A DNA stretch of 64,000 nt from Octopus vulgaris (Eukaryota): assembly GCA_951406725.2 (NCBI GenBank), contig OX597828.1, forward strand, positions 26,164,001-26,228,000, given 5' to 3'. The notes under the pieces were generated by a model. It was not told the DNA's origin and did no database searches. It saw nothing but the letters and a program-made list of their open reading frames with translations. This document shows positions 1-16,023 of the stretch, piece by piece (within the stretch, counting starts at the first letter, position 1; every line of letters starts with the position of its first letter). Position numbers and translations under genes: made by a program.

Positions 1-15
1 AGCGGTAGACAAAGG

Positions 16-82
<67 letters not shown>

Positions 83-181
83 TGTGTGTGTATAAAAAAT
101 ATATATAAAAATTATATATAAAAATACAAAATGGGACAAGAACGCAAAACATTCAAATAGACGACACGAAAACGGACGGGT

Positions 182-240
182 CATTCGAAGCCTCTAATCT
201 TCAGTCAAGAACCGGATCATCCTCACAATTTCGACTGATT
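182..240 (-). ncRNA. 3' half of a permuted hammerhead-like motif (same repeat family as 32824-32966 and 52545-52644)
   Basis: Minus strand reads cagtc-GAAA-ttgt...tcttga-CTGAAGA-ttagaggcttcgaatg; truncated by (TA)n at 241. Confidence 0.55.
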
Positions 241-494
241 ATATATATATATATAAGCAAAATAGCTAGTTATAGAACCTCCTATTCTCCGCCAGCTGGT
301 TATCGGTGCAACATTCTGCACTCTTTATAAACAAGATATTGCTCGGAGGAGCGGGGCGAACGCTTACTACCCTCTCGCAGTTAACAAGCTCGCGAGACTG
401 AATTAGTTTCGAGCTATTTGGCTGATCTTCAGCCGCGAGCACCTGCACACCAGAGCGATACCCAGAATCTGCCACCGTTAACAATGTAGAGTTT

Positions 495-637
495 CACTGG
501 TGCTTAGTTTATCGACCCCGAAAGGATGAAAGGTAAATTTGACCTCAGCGGAATTTGAACTCAGAAGGTAGGGACGGGTGAAATATCGCTAAGCGTTTCA
601 TCCGACTCACTAACGCTTCTACCAGCTCGCCGCACTT
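495..637 (-). mobile_element. SINE family B, diverged copy
   Basis: Reverse complement of gcggcgagctgg...ttctgagttcaaattccgc...cctttcatcctttcggggtcgataaa, matching the full copy at 36673. Confidence 0.8.
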
Positions 638-638
638 A

Positions 639-1968
<1,330 letters not shown>

Positions 1969-2004
1969 GGAGGAGGAGGAGGAGGAGGATAACAATAATA
2001 ATAA

Positions 2005-2521
2005 CTCAAGGCTGCTGATCATAACTGATTGGAAGTGTTATGTACATTGTTTTGCCTTGGTATAAAAGATAGGCTACAGCAAATATTCTGCTCAATACCG
2101 CAGATTTGTTTGTCAGTTGTTTGACCAGTTGAGCACGTCCCTTAGTGGCTGATGATATGGGCATCTCTGATAACAAGCAGAAGTAGTGGAGGAGTGTCAT
2201 AGCCGTGTGTTTAAAGGAATTCTTAGAGGTTTGGATAATTCACCTTTGGAAACATAGGTGGTTCGTTCAATATCCTTAAAAATCCTTATTCAGGGATCTT
2301 TTAAGCGGGATGGGCTACTCGACCAGAAGAAAATTCTAACTGGGCCCCACCTGCAAGTCCATGCGCTGCTTATCTTGATATGAGATCACCATGTCGCGCA
2401 CATATGGTTGTGATACATGTGCCTGGTGTACCCTTATCAGACAGGTTATCATGATGGATATACTGGGCTTCGTATATTTTACTCCAATGTCACTTTGATG
2501 GCATGCACTACTCTCTCACTC
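2005..2521 (+). mobile_element. ~520-bp non-coding retroposon segment embedded in (AAT)n, copy 1
   Basis: Colinear with 20501-21049; same 3' end ctctctcactc(AAT)n, different 5' start. Confidence 0.8.
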
Positions 2522-2583
<62 letters not shown>

Positions 2584-2807
2584 TGATGATGATGATGAGG
2601 AGGAGGAGGAGGAGGGGAGGATGAAGGGAGGAGGAGGGGTGGTGGAGCTTGAGGAGGAGGAGGAGGAGGAGGAGAAGGTGGTTGTGGTGGTGGAGGAGGT
2701 GGTGGTGGTGGTGGAGGAGGAGGAGGAGGAGGAGGAGGAGGAGGAGGAGGAGTAGGAGGAGGAGGAAGAAGTGGTGGTGGTAGTGGAGGAGGAGGAGGAT
2801 GAGGAGG

Positions 2808-3073
2808 ATATCAGTGCTGATATCAGAATGGAGTTCGGACTGAAAAAACTGTGGTGTGTTAGTATTGAAGAGAGGCAAAATCAAATGTATGTACGGGCTA
2901 CCGATACCGTCGGGGAAGTTTATGAAGCAGATAGAAGAGACGGCCCGTAAGTACTTGGGGATATTGGAAGTGGATAAATTGATGGCGAAAGAAATAACAT
3001 AAAAATTTAAGGTGGAGTACTTGATCCTTAAGTCGAAATTAAACGGCTGGAATAAGATTGAAGCTGTCAACAC
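2808..3073 (+). pseudogene. Reverse transcriptase fragment (C-terminal RT/thumb) of an R4/Dong-like element
   Basis: With one frameshift and a stop: SADIRMEFGLKK-CGVLVLKRGK...KYLGILEVD...ILKSKLNGWNKIEAVNT, matching the DIxMEFGLxKC / YKYLG / LNxxNKIxAIN motifs. Confidence 0.75.
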
Positions 3074-3762
3074 CGTCATCAATACCGCCGCTATTATGAT
3101 TATCCTTGCGCTCTTCCCCAGTAGCCAATGTGGTACCTCGCAGCCCGGGGGTCCCACCGCTTTGTACCATCATATTAGAATTCTTACACTTTTGCTCCAT
3201 AGAGTATATTGGCCAAGATACTGGGGTAGGTGGCCAGGTCTTTCCCCAGTCTAGAGCCGTTTAACCAGCATACTTACCATATGCCGTTGCCACCTCCAGC
3301 ACCACGGTGAGGAGAACGGTTGGGCTTTGAAGGGGTAGATAAGGAAAAGCACAAGTTTCTTGTCTGGAGATGCACAAATACAAATACAAATACACACACA
3401 CACACACACATACACACGTGTGTATAAATGTAAGTACATATTTATGTGTGTGTGTGTGCCTGTATCTGTGTGTGCGTGCGTGTGTGTATGTGTCTGAGCA
3501 CAAAACGATCGGTGTTGCTCTGTTCACATACTTGTAACATAGCAGTTCGCTAAAAGGAAACCGATGCAATAAGTACCAGACTGAACTTGTTACTCTCCGA
3601 TTTGCTGGAATGCGCCATTCAATGGCGTTGCTCCAGCTTAGCCGCAGTCCGCTGACTGAGACAAATAAGAGGACATACACACACAGACGCACACACACCT
3701 ACACACTCACACACACATACACATGTTTGTATATGTGTATCTATCTATCTATCTATCTATCG

Positions 3763-3800
<38 letters not shown>

Positions 3801-3803
3801 ATA

Positions 3804-3855
<52 letters not shown>

Positions 3856-4031
3856 TAGATGTTTATATACGTGTATGTTTGCACATATATATATATATAT
3901 ATGTTAGTGTGTATGTATATATCTTATAACTTTGACAGTAACAAGATGTACATAAGTGTGTGTGTGTATGTATGTATGTATTTGTATATATATATATGTG
4001 TGCGTACGTGTGTGTGTGTGTGCGTGTGTAT

Positions 4032-4082
<51 letters not shown>

Positions 4083-4543
4083 TAAATTTACATTTTGTTT
4101 CCTTTTAATGATGGGTAAACAAGGATTGAACTGTAAAGGTGTGTCAACAATTTATTGTAAACAGACTGTTTTATTGCAGATATACAAATTAAAGATGAAA
4201 GCGGTTGAAATTAGCTATAAACCTCAGTCAGGTCCTCTCCCGCCACTAGCGCCATCACCGACCTTACACTGCCTGTCTTGCTAATGACACTCAGCAACAA
4301 CACTGGTCTACTTCTACGAGTAATATTTTAGAGCCAATGCGGTAACTTGACATGCTTGAATTAGCAGCTAAATCACCATCAAATGACACCGTAGTGTTTC
4401 AAGATATTGAAAAAAAAAAAAAAAAAAAAAAAGAGCACAGAAAGTGAAAAGAAACGGATGGAGCCGTTTCTGAAATGAAATTACGTGTCCTTCCCGTCGA
4501 GAAGGTCTTTAATCAAGTTTGACCTGACGTTGAGCAACAACAG

Positions 4544-4598
<55 letters not shown>

Positions 4599-4626
4599 CA
4601 CTACTACTACTACCATAACCACCACC

Positions 4627-4697
<71 letters not shown>

Positions 4698-4882
4698 CTA
4701 CTGCTACCTTTCATTGCGCACCTTTTCATGAAATTAGGGTTAAGTTCCAGTATTCTGGGTCCTATTGAAAAGACAGCGAGAGGGAGAGAGAGAGAGAGGA
4801 AGGAAGGGAGGGAGAGAGAGAGAGAGGAAGGCAGGGAGAGAGAGAGAGAGAGAGAGAACAAGAAACTAATTATGTATTACCG

Positions 4883-4919
<37 letters not shown>

Positions 4920-5323
4920 GCTACTGCTACTGCTACTGCTGTGGCTGTTGCTGCTGCTGCTGCTACTACTACTACTTGCTTGTAACATAAGATTTGAAAC
5001 TTTTGGGAGTGGGTTAGTCGAGTAAATCGACCCCATACTTATCAGGTACTTCCTTTTATAAACCACCCCATCTCCCGGAGAGTTAAAAGCGGGATAAAAC
5101 TGGGCAGGTTTTGAACTCAGAATGTAAAGAGCCAGAACAAGCACATTCTATTTTCATAAGAAACTGTCGCGCAATGGCGAGATGTCCGCGTTTTGCAGTT
5201 CTCCACAAAAAGGTTTTGGGAACAATTTTAAAACTGAAAAAATCATCAATACCGGATTAAAGATTAAGAAAACAATAAATCCTGATTGTTTTCATAATAT
5301 AATATTTTTTTAAAATTCTATCT

Positions 5324-5427
5324 TATTCTATCGGTGTCTTTTTCCGAACCGCTAAGTGACGGGGACGTAAACACACCAGCATCGGTTGTCAAGCAATGCT
5401 AGGGGGACAAACACACACACACACACA

Positions 5428-5469
<42 letters not shown>

Positions 5470-5631
5470 TACGACAGGCTTCTTTCAGTTTCCGTCTACC
5501 AAATCCACTCACAAGGCATTGGTCGGCCCGGGGCTATAGCAGAATACACTTGTCCAAGATGCCACGCAGTGGGACTGAACCCGGAACCATGTGGTTGGTT
5601 AGCAAGCTACTTACCACACAGCCACTCCTGC
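5324..5631 (-). mobile_element. SINE family A (tRNA head, internal (TA)/(TG) tract), tail partly lost
   Basis: Near-identical to 6553-6960 in reverse orientation. Confidence 0.9.
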
Positions 5632-5659
5632 ATTTTTACATGTAGTATATTTATTTTTT

Positions 5660-6055
5660 AACTTTAATTTGTTTCAGTTGTTGATCTGCGGCCATGCTGG
5701 GGCACCGCCTTGAAATGTTTTAGTAAAACAAATTGACCTTAGTACTTATTTCTTAAAGTCTGGTGCTTATCCTGTCGATTTCTTTTGCCTAATCCCTAAT
5801 TTACGGGGTATAAACAAACCAACACCGGTTGTCGAGTGGTAGGAAACAGGCACTAACACAAAGGCACACTTACACACATACACACACACATATACACAAG
5901 TATATATGCACACATATACGACGGATTTCTTTCTGTTCCCGCCTTACCAAATCGACTCACAAGGCCTGGAGTTATAATAAAAGACCGACTGGGACTGAAC
6001 CCAGGGCCATGTGGTTGGGAAGCAAGCTTCTTACCACACAGTCATGCCTACGCCT
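5660..6055 (-). mobile_element. SINE family A, older diverged copy
   Basis: Contains gcggccatgctgg, gggactgaaccc and cttaccacacag landmarks. Confidence 0.75.
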
Positions 6056-6506
6056 AAAAAAAAAAAGAAAAGATGAATCGCTGGCAAAGATGTGTGTTTA
6101 ATTGAGGTTTGTATTCTGCTCTTATTCTAAGGTTCCGTAAATATTCTTCTAAGTTTTCGTTGACATCTACACAAAAATTGTAGCTTTGTCAACTGTTATT
6201 TTTGCTATTCAATATGTATAATTATTTTGAACGCTGCATTATAATTGAGTAGCCATGGCTTCTCATTGTCAATTCATGGTCAACCGGCGTGAAAATGTAG
6301 TACTTTTGTGTTCAATATTTGACTTATTAAATTTACAGATTGCATGTTTCTATATTCCATTGCTTGTCTGAAATATGTTGTATGGTTTAACAGTTTTGTA
6401 GATTCGTGTTAATAAGGAAATTTTTTCTGATGATTTTATAATCTATTCTATGAATTTGTAGTTAGCTGTGCTAGATTTTTTGAGTTTTAGATGTTTTAGA
6501 TGAGTT

Positions 6507-6552
<46 letters not shown>

Positions 6553-6554
<2 letters not shown>

Positions 6555-6724
6555 GCGCAGGCGTGGCTGTGTGGTAAGTAGCTTGCTAACCAACCACATG
6601 GTTCCGGGTTCAGTCCCACTGCGTGGCATCTTGGGCAAGTGTCTTCTGCTATAGCCCCGGGCCGACCAATGCCTTGTGAGTGGATTTGGTAGACGGAAAC
6701 TGAAAGAAGCCTGTCGTATATATG

Positions 6725-6759
<35 letters not shown>

Positions 6760-6960
6760 TTGTGTTTGTCCCCCTAGCATTGCTTGACAACCAATGCTGG
6801 TGTGTTTACGTCCCCGTCACTTAGCGGTTCGGCAAAAGAGACCGATATAATAAGTACTGGGCTTACAAAGAATAAGTCCCGGGGTCGATTTGCTCGACTA
6901 AAGGAGGTGCTCCAGCATGGCCGCAGTCAAATGACTGAAACAAGTAAAAGAGTAAAAGAG
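6553..6960 (+). mobile_element. SINE family A, full length
   Basis: A-box-like TGGCTGTGTGG, B-box-like GGTTCAGTCCC, ttgggcaagtgtctt body, internal microsatellite, (GTAAAAGA)n tail; many copies in the window. Confidence 0.93.
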
Positions 6961-6974
6961 TATACATTCCATAA

Positions 6975-7045
<71 letters not shown>

Positions 7046-7817
7046 CATATATTTAATGTTGACTTTGGTTGCGGACGATCACAGTCTGACATCTTAAAAT
7101 AAGAAGGATACATTGGCTAATGCACATCCAGCATGTTTCTAAAAAAGCACAAAAAGACGGGATGGTCATCGCTAGAATGGCTTTTTACGATTGTCCTACT
7201 CGATCAGGCTTCATATGGATCAACTGCAACAACGAAATATCTGTATTTGATCTGATCTCGAACTCATGAACCAAAGAGCTGATTGCCACTTTCTTTTTTC
7301 TTTTGTTGTCCGATATTTTATCAAACTCCACCATTTTACCTTTACAGTATTTAAGTTCAAGTGTAAAGTAAATAAATAAACATTCAAAACAAAAAAAAAA
7401 AAAAGGAGAGAAACTTGGATAACTTCTGTCTGGGAACTGTCAGCTGGTAACACCGTTAACGATGTATGTTTTTCAGTGTTGTGTAACCAAAGACAAGCAT
7501 TTCTCAAACATTTATCAACATAGTTCGTCTCTATATATACAGTAGTCTGAGTAACGTTAATAAATCCCGGAAGTATCAAAGGAGATACCGGAAATGGCCG
7601 AGCTTCTTTATACCGAGAAAAGGCCTACAATTACTAACAAAATCTCACGTTCACAAACAAGACTCAAACACCAGAGAGTGATCACTTGAAACAGTTCGTG
7701 TGGTAATATTTCTAAAATCAACAACCCTGTTTACACATTATTCACATATTCTTTCCTTCTTCTTCTACCGTGTCTATATGCAGATGAATAAGCATATAAA
7801 CATACATGTACAGAAAT

Positions 7818-7899
<82 letters not shown>

Positions 7900-7950
7900 A
7901 TATGCACACACATACATACATGTATGTATGTGTGCATTTGTATATACATA

Positions 7951-8005
<55 letters not shown>

Positions 8006-8132
8006 ATGTATGTGTGTGTGTGTGTGTGTGTATAGAGAAAGAAAGAAAGAAAGAAGGAGAAGGAGATTCCTGTTTGCACTTTTGTTGATATCTTTTTGTG
8101 TTATGTGTGTGCATGAAAACTTCCGCAATATA

Positions 8133-8200
<68 letters not shown>

Positions 8201-8395
8201 TGTTTCTCTTCATATACACTCTTTTGTGTTTGAGTACGTATAGATATATATATATATATATATATATTTCTATAAACATACGTATATGTGTATGAATGTA
8301 TGTCTATACATGTTTGTACGCGTATATGTGTGTGTGTGTGCGTGTGTGTGTGTATGCGCATAAACGCAGTTCCGTGCAAGTGGAATAAACTCATT

Positions 8396-8464
<69 letters not shown>

Positions 8465-8819
8465 GTGTGCACATACGCTTTTACGCATGTCTTTTTTTTT
8501 CTTTCCTTGATTCCACAGTTTCTTATTTCGTCTTTGACACTTTCGTTTCAGCTCTAATCCTTTCACACAAACATTAGCCTTTCACACCTTCTCCCGCTCT
8601 CTCTCTCGCTCTTTCTTTCTTTCTCCCTCATTCTTTCCTTATTCTCTTTCTTTCTCTCTTGTTTACTAACGCATTTATATCTTCTCTCTTTCCTCTCACT
8701 TGTTCGCATTCATTCTACATCTCTCCACTTTATTTTTTTCCTTCTCCTTTTCTTTAACTTATTCTTTCCAATAACTCTCATTCTCTCTTTCTAGTTTTCT
8801 ATCTTTTTTTTCTTTGCCA

Positions 8820-9700
8820 GATCTCTCTCTCTCTCTCTCTCAACTGTATACAGTCTCTCTCTTTTCCTCTCTCACACTCTCTCTCTTACTCTCTCCCTTT
8901 CTATTTCCCTTTGTCTCTCCCTCCTTCTCTCTTACTTTCTTACTCTCTTCTCTCTCGTCCCCTCAATCCCTACATCCTTCCCCCTCATTCTTTGTCTCTC
9001 CCCGCTCTCTCTCTCTCTCTCTCCCTCTTTCTATATGTCAACTGTATACAGTCTCTCTCTTTTCCCCTCTCACACTTACTCTCTCTCCCTTTCTATTTCC
9101 CTTTGTCTCTCCCTCCTTCTCTCTTATTTTCTTACTCTCTTCTCTCTCGTCCCCTCAATCCCTACATCCTTCCCCTTCTTTCTCTCTCTCTCTCTTTCTC
9201 TATCTCTCTCTCTCTCTCTCAACTGTATACAGTCTCTCTCTCTCACTCTTACTCTCTCTTTCTATTTCCCTTTGTCTCTCCCTCCTCTCTTACATTCTTA
9301 CTCTCTTCTCTCTCGTCCCCTCACTCCCTACATCCTTCCCCTTCTTTCTCTCTCTCTCTCTTTCTCTATCTCTCTCTCACTCTCTCTCAACTGTATACAG
9401 TCTCTCTCTTTTCCCCTCTCTTACTCTCTCCTTTTCTATTTCCCTTTGTCTCTCCCTCCTCTCTTACATTCTTACTCTCTTCTCTCTCGTTCCCTCAATC
9501 CCTACATCCTTCCCCTTCTTTCTCTCTCTCTCTCTTTCTCTATCTCTCTCTCTCTCTCTCAACTGTATACAGTCTCTCTCTTTTCCCCTCTCTTACTCTC
9601 TCCTTTTCTATTTCCCTTTGTCTCTCCCTCCTCTCTTACATTCTTACTCTCTTCTCTCTCGTTCCCTCAATCCCTACATCATTCCCCTTCTTTCTCTCTC
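8820..9700. repeat. Pyrimidine-rich minisatellite, 5 units of ~170-200 bp
   Basis: Marker caactgtatacagtct at about 8841, 9040, 9220, 9388 and 9560; gtccctcaatccctacatcc-like motif in each unit. Confidence 0.9.
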
Positions 9701-9933
9701 CTTCCTCTCTCTCTCTCCTCCTCCTCTCTCTCTCTCTCTCCCGCTTTCTCTCTCAGTGATTCAGTCTTGTCAAGCATGTAACTGTTGTTTTTACAGCAAT
9801 GTTGCAAAACACTGCAATATCCTGCAAAGCACTGCAATCTATTGCTGCCCCTGCTATTTCCGGTTTTGAAATTTTTTTCGAAAACGAAGAGACTGGAACT
9901 GTATAAAAACGAATTATGTCACATGACAAAAAA

Positions 9934-10018
<85 letters not shown>

Positions 10019-10076
10019 GGTGGTGGTGGTGGTGGTGGTGGTGGTGGTGGTGGTGGTGGTGGTAGTGGTAGTAGTG

Positions 10077-10131
<55 letters not shown>

Positions 10132-10132
10132 A

Positions 10133-10165
<33 letters not shown>

Positions 10166-10303
10166 GGTGGTGGTGGTGGTGGTGGTGGTGGTGGTGGTGG
10201 TGGTGGTAATAGTAGTAGAAGAAGCAGCAGCAGCAGCAGCAATAGTAGTAGTAGTAGTAGTAGCAGTAGTAGTAGTAGTAGTAGTAGCGGTGGTGGTGGT
10301 GGC

Positions 10304-10351
<48 letters not shown>

Positions 10352-10362
10352 GGTGGTGGGGT
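9934..10362. repeat. Compound (TAG)n/(TGG)n/(CAG)n microsatellite
   Basis: Directly visible. Confidence 0.97.
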
Positions 10363-10367
10363 GGTGT

Positions 10368-10640
10368 GTATGTATGTATGTATGTTTCCTTTTCTCTTTG
10401 TTTTTTTTTTTAAATTTAGAGCCATCCTTTGATTCTTAAGAAGGTCTGGCAGATTTTTTGGTGTCCCAGACAGCGTGACCATTTATCGCGTAGGCTCCAA
10501 CTTCAACTATTCTTTGCTCCAGGCCCTTTGATACGAATTTTGTCGCTCCGACGATAATCGACAAAATGTCTCTTGGGAACTGGATTTGCAAACACCTTAT
10601 CAATGATCCATAGACGTTTTCTTTCTCCGATATTTTTCTG
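10368..10640 (-). mobile_element. 3' remnant of RLE non-LTR element (family 2) with (CATA)n tail
   Basis: KISEKENVYGSLIRCLQIQFP...IIVGA resembles SEKENT..GLLRN...VIIAALG at 54.5 kb; followed by catacatacatac on the minus strand. Confidence 0.55.
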
Positions 10641-10644
10641 AGAA

Positions 10645-11035
10645 TAAGGCGGCGAGCTGGCAGAATCGTTAGCACGCCGGGCGAAATGCTTAGCGATATT
10701 TTGTCTGAGTTCAAATTCCGCCGAGGTCGACTTTGCCTTTCATCCTTTCGGGGTCGATAAATTAAGTACCAGTTACGCACTGGGGGGATGTAATCGACTT
10801 AATCTGTTTGACTGTCCTTGTTTGTCCTCTCTGTGTTTGGCCCCTTGTGGGTAATAAAGAAATAGAAATAGGTATTTTGTCTGTCTTTATGCTCTGAGTT
10901 CAAATTCCGGCGAGGTCGACTTTGCCTTTCATCCTTTCGGGCTCGATAAATTAAGTTTCACTTGTGTACTGGGGTCGATCTAATCGACTTGGCCCCCTCC
11001 CCAAAAATTTCGGACCTTGTACCAAGAGTAGAAAA
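10645..11035 (+). mobile_element. SINE family B with partially duplicated body
   Basis: aaggcggcgagctggcagaa head, GAGTTCAAATTC B-box, gtcgactttgcctttcatcctttcggggtcgataaattaagt core present twice. Confidence 0.9.
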
Positions 11036-11654
11036 AAAAATATTTTTGAGAATTATGGTGTCCAGGGGCAGCAAATTTCTGCATCAGAGCATGTTTCGTT
11101 TCTATCTATCTATGTGTGCTTGGTGAGGCGGGTGATTTTTGGACACTTTGGAGGATGAAAAACAAGACGCATCAAAGGGTGGATGAGCTCAGGAAAGTCA
11201 ACGGCCATCCAATTAAGACCACCACCAGCAGTGAAGGGCCTCCTAGCTGTCGTCACAGCATCTTTCTGAAAGAGGGACAGTCTGATGTAAAAACTGCGGT
11301 TTCACATGATTACTGGTCATCTCGCTTCGGCCTGTAACTTGATAATAATCACAGACACTCAGAGAGTGGGATTTGTACTGCAGAAGTGTCCATTACTATA
11401 ATCTAATGACGTACAAATGTCTCTTTATGGGGACTTCATTTGTCATCCAATGTACTGTTAGTCTTATGACGAAGGAAGAGTGGCGAGGTGGGCAGAATCT
11501 GACCAGTTGGAAACACCTAGTAATGCTGATCTGCAGCGTGACTTAATAGCTATCTTAGAGGTCATGGATGGAAAGTCGGAAATGCCATTGACAACGAGAA
11601 TGCAGAAAGGGACTGTGAAGGTGGAGCAATCACCATATATGTAATGTAAGTCTG

Positions 11655-11790
11655 CATGTCTACATGTGTATCGTCTGCATATCTGCATATATGTCGTCTG
11701 CATGTGTATCGTCTGCATATCTGCATGTATGTCGTCTGCATGTGTATCGTCTGCATATCTGCATGTATGTCGTCTGCATCTATGCATGTA
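11655..11790. repeat. 38-bp minisatellite, about 3.5 units
   Basis: atgtgtatcgtctgcatatctgcat(a/g)tatgtcgtctgc at 11664, 11702 and 11740. Confidence 0.9.
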
Positions 11791-11990
11791 TCTGAAGGCA
11801 TACTGTGCAAAAGTAGTGATTGTTTTCTTTTGTCCTTTCTTTTCCCACAGACAAACAAAATATACCGACCGCGTCTCTCTCTCTCTCTTGTCTGTCTCTG
11901 TCTCCCTTTATCTCTGTCTCGCTGTCTCTCATCTCTCTCTCTCTCTCAGTCTTTCTATCCTTTTCTTTTTCTGCCCCTCACTCTCTTTCT

Positions 11991-12021
<31 letters not shown>

Positions 12022-12395
12022 GGTTTTCTCTCTCTCTATGTCTTTCTCTCTCTCTCTCATATTTCTCCCTTGTATTTCCTTTCTGATATCTTTACCGCCT
12101 TCCCTCCCTCCTCCCACCTCCTTCTCACAGAAGCCTATCATTAAAACATGATGAAACATTTTTAGTGTGGTCGTTATTTATCTTTTATTCTCCTCCATTT
12201 TTGCGGCTGCGCATTAACGAAACTTACATTTACTTTCCGGCAGGATACACAAACACAACGTAAATGTACAGAGATATATAATTTTAACTTTCTCCCATTC
12301 TCTCCTTCTACCTCTCCCCTCACTCACTCACTCCTTCTCTCTTTCTCTCTCTATCTTTCTCTTTCTTTCTCTCTCTCACACACACACACACACTC

Positions 12396-12501
<106 letters not shown>

Positions 12502-12807
12502 TATTTCTCTACCTGCCTACATACCTATCTACTTACCTACCTAAATACACACACGCACACACACATATACATATATGCATATATACATACACACACACAA
12601 ATATATACCTTCCTACTGTTTTCGCTTTCTGTCTCTCTCCCTCTCTCTGTATACATGCATATATGTATATATATATATGTATACATGCATATATGTATAC
12701 ATGCATATATGTATATATATATATGTATATATATATATATACACACATACATACATGCACACACATATACATATGCGCGCGAGTGTGCGTGTGTGTGTGT
12801 TTGTGTA

Positions 12808-12857
<50 letters not shown>

Positions 12858-13499
12858 AGTATTAATTTTTTTTGTGTAAGTTAAGTGACGTCGAAACCCA
12901 GATATTTCCTTCATTCTAAAAGTGTAAGTGTCGATATTAAAACGGAATCTCGTGATTTCTCGAGTGATTTACTCACGAGATTATGTTTTATCTCCCAGCC
13001 ACTCATTGTTTTCGTTGTCAATTATCTTTCATTACACAAATAATTGCTTTTTTTTTTCATTTTTATTTTGCTTTGACACTTCTTCTCCCCTTCCGTTGAT
13101 ACGCTAACGAATTTCCAAGTCTTTTTCCCGTGTCTCTCTCCGGAATATTTTACACCAGGTTTCAGTCTTTGGACTCCAGCCATGTTTTGGTACCACCTTC
13201 GAATGAGGTTTTTTTTTTTTGGGTTTTGCTTTGTTTTTGTTTTAGTTTTGATACCAATTATAGTAATTTGTATGTTGCCTAATCTAACGACCCTATAAGG
13301 AGGAAATACAAAAGTGGTTCTGATCATGATTTGAACGCAGAACGTAAAGGGTCACACGTACAAACACTTTATAAACACCTCCTGAATCTATCAGAGACAC
13401 AGAACGCCACCTCGGCAAACTTAGAGGACAGGCATCTATTTTCATTGATAAGTTTAAACCTTCATTAAACGGCAAAAAGTACACAAAGCAATTCGTTTA

Positions 13500-14305
13500 C
13501 ATACACACATTTATACAAACATATATACATACATACATACATACATACATACATACAAACATACATATATACATACATACATACATGCATACATACATAC
13601 ATACATACATACATACATGCATACAAACATACATACATACATACATACATACAAACATACATACACACGTACATACATACATACATACATACATACATAC
13701 ATACATACATACATACATACATACATACATACATGCATGCATACATACATACATGCATACAAACATACATACATACATTCATACATACATACATACAAAC
13801 ATACATACATACATACATACATACATGCATACATACATACATACATACATACACACATACACACATACCTACAAACATACATACACACACATACATACAA
13901 ACATACATACATGCATGCATAAATACATACATACATACATACACACATACATACACACATACATACACACATACATACATACATACACACATACATACAT
14001 ACATACATACATACACACATACACACATGCATACAAACATACATACATACATACACACATACACACATACATACATACATACATACATTCATACATACAT
14101 ACATACATACATACACACACATACATACATACATACATACATACATACATGCATACATACATACAATAATACATACATACATACATGCAAACATACATGC
14201 ATACATATATACATACATGCATACATACATACATACATACATACATACATACATACATACATACATACATACATACATAGATACATACATACATACATAC
14301 ATACA
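13500..14305. repeat. ~800-bp (CATA)n tetranucleotide array
   Basis: Directly visible. Confidence 0.98.
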
Positions 14306-14815
14306 TGTAGGTATGTATATTTCAACAGCAAATATGCTTTAAGTACCATATGCAGATTACTATTTTAAAGTAAAACTACTTACGTCGCTAAAAACGAATA
14401 TTTATTTCAACTTGTCGACAAAATGCTGAAAAAAGTAGAAATCTGGATTTATCAATGTCATTACTGGATGACTTCGATGTTGCTACGTTATTATCTTCTT
14501 CTGTTTTTGAACTCTAAACATCTATGAGAGATGTATTCTCGAGACTAATACGCAGTTTAAAGGTTTTTCAACAGTATATATGCTTTAGATATGGTATACA
14601 GATGACTAATTAGGACTAATACTGCTATTGTTGCTAAAACGAATGTACATGAATAAGCGTGTGTGTTTGTGCGTGCGTGCGTGTGTGTGTATATGCATGT
14701 ATAATATGTTTGTGCATATGTTTGTAATATGTTTGTATATATGTGTCCATGTCCATGTATATAAATGTTTGTGTGCGTGTGTGTGGGAGCAGGCAGAAAT
14801 CAGTACAAGGAGATA

Positions 14816-14913
<98 letters not shown>

Positions 14914-15889
14914 TATATAGCCTGGTTATTAAAACAATGTGAAATCTAAGCTTCGCAAAAACTGCATCGAAATTCTCCCCCCAAAAAGTCTTTTTTCCCC
15001 GTCTTAATCCTTGCAGCAAAGTGCTCCACAAACCCCTTTTTTTTATGTATGTATGTATGTATGTATGTATGTATGTATGTATGTATATATGTATGTATGT
15101 ATACACACATACATACATACATAAATACATACATATATATATGTATGTATGTATGGATGGATGGATGGATACACACGCGCAAATTCACAAACATACATAT
15201 ACACTTACATAGACACGTGTGTATATGCATGTATACACATACAAATATACACACCAAAGCATGTATAGTAGTGGGGGTGGCGGGGCGGGCCTCGCGTGCA
15301 TGTGAATGCGCACAGTATATTGATTTACACCCCATTTTCTTTGAATGTCACTTTGTCAGACTTCCAATAAACTTTTGGAATCGATCAAAATCTTATACTT
15401 CCATGAAAACTTACCATTTTGTTGTTGTTTTTTTTGTTTGTTTTTTTTGCACTGTTTAGTTAGTTTTATTGTGTGTTTTTTTTAACCTGAAATTACTTTT
15501 ACAACAAATTCTTGCCGCTTTTGACAAATTTGCACGTAAAAAGTCGCAAGGTGGAATCGATCTTATAGCTGAGGGGCGACACACGCCATCGGTGAAATCA
15601 ACCAAAAATAGCACCAAGTTTGATCCTTAAGCTAAAACAAAAATCCCTTGATGATAGTTAAAAGCTGGTGGGGGTGGGGGGTGGAAGGATTGTAGTGTTG
15701 GCGGTGGTGATTGTGTTGGAGGTGGTGGCTCTGGGGGTAGTGATGGTGATGAGGGTGGCGGCGCCGCTGCTGGCGATGCTGGTGGTGCTGCTGATTGTAG
15801 TAGTAGTAGTAGTAGTAGTAATACTGCTGCTGCTGCGACTACTACTACTACTACTACTACTACCACTACTACTACCACTACTACTACTA

Positions 15890-16023
<134 letters not shown>

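Noticed and set aside
11655-11790. CRISPR-like array
   Set aside because: Contiguous 38-bp tandem units without unique spacers; eukaryotic context with no cas genes.
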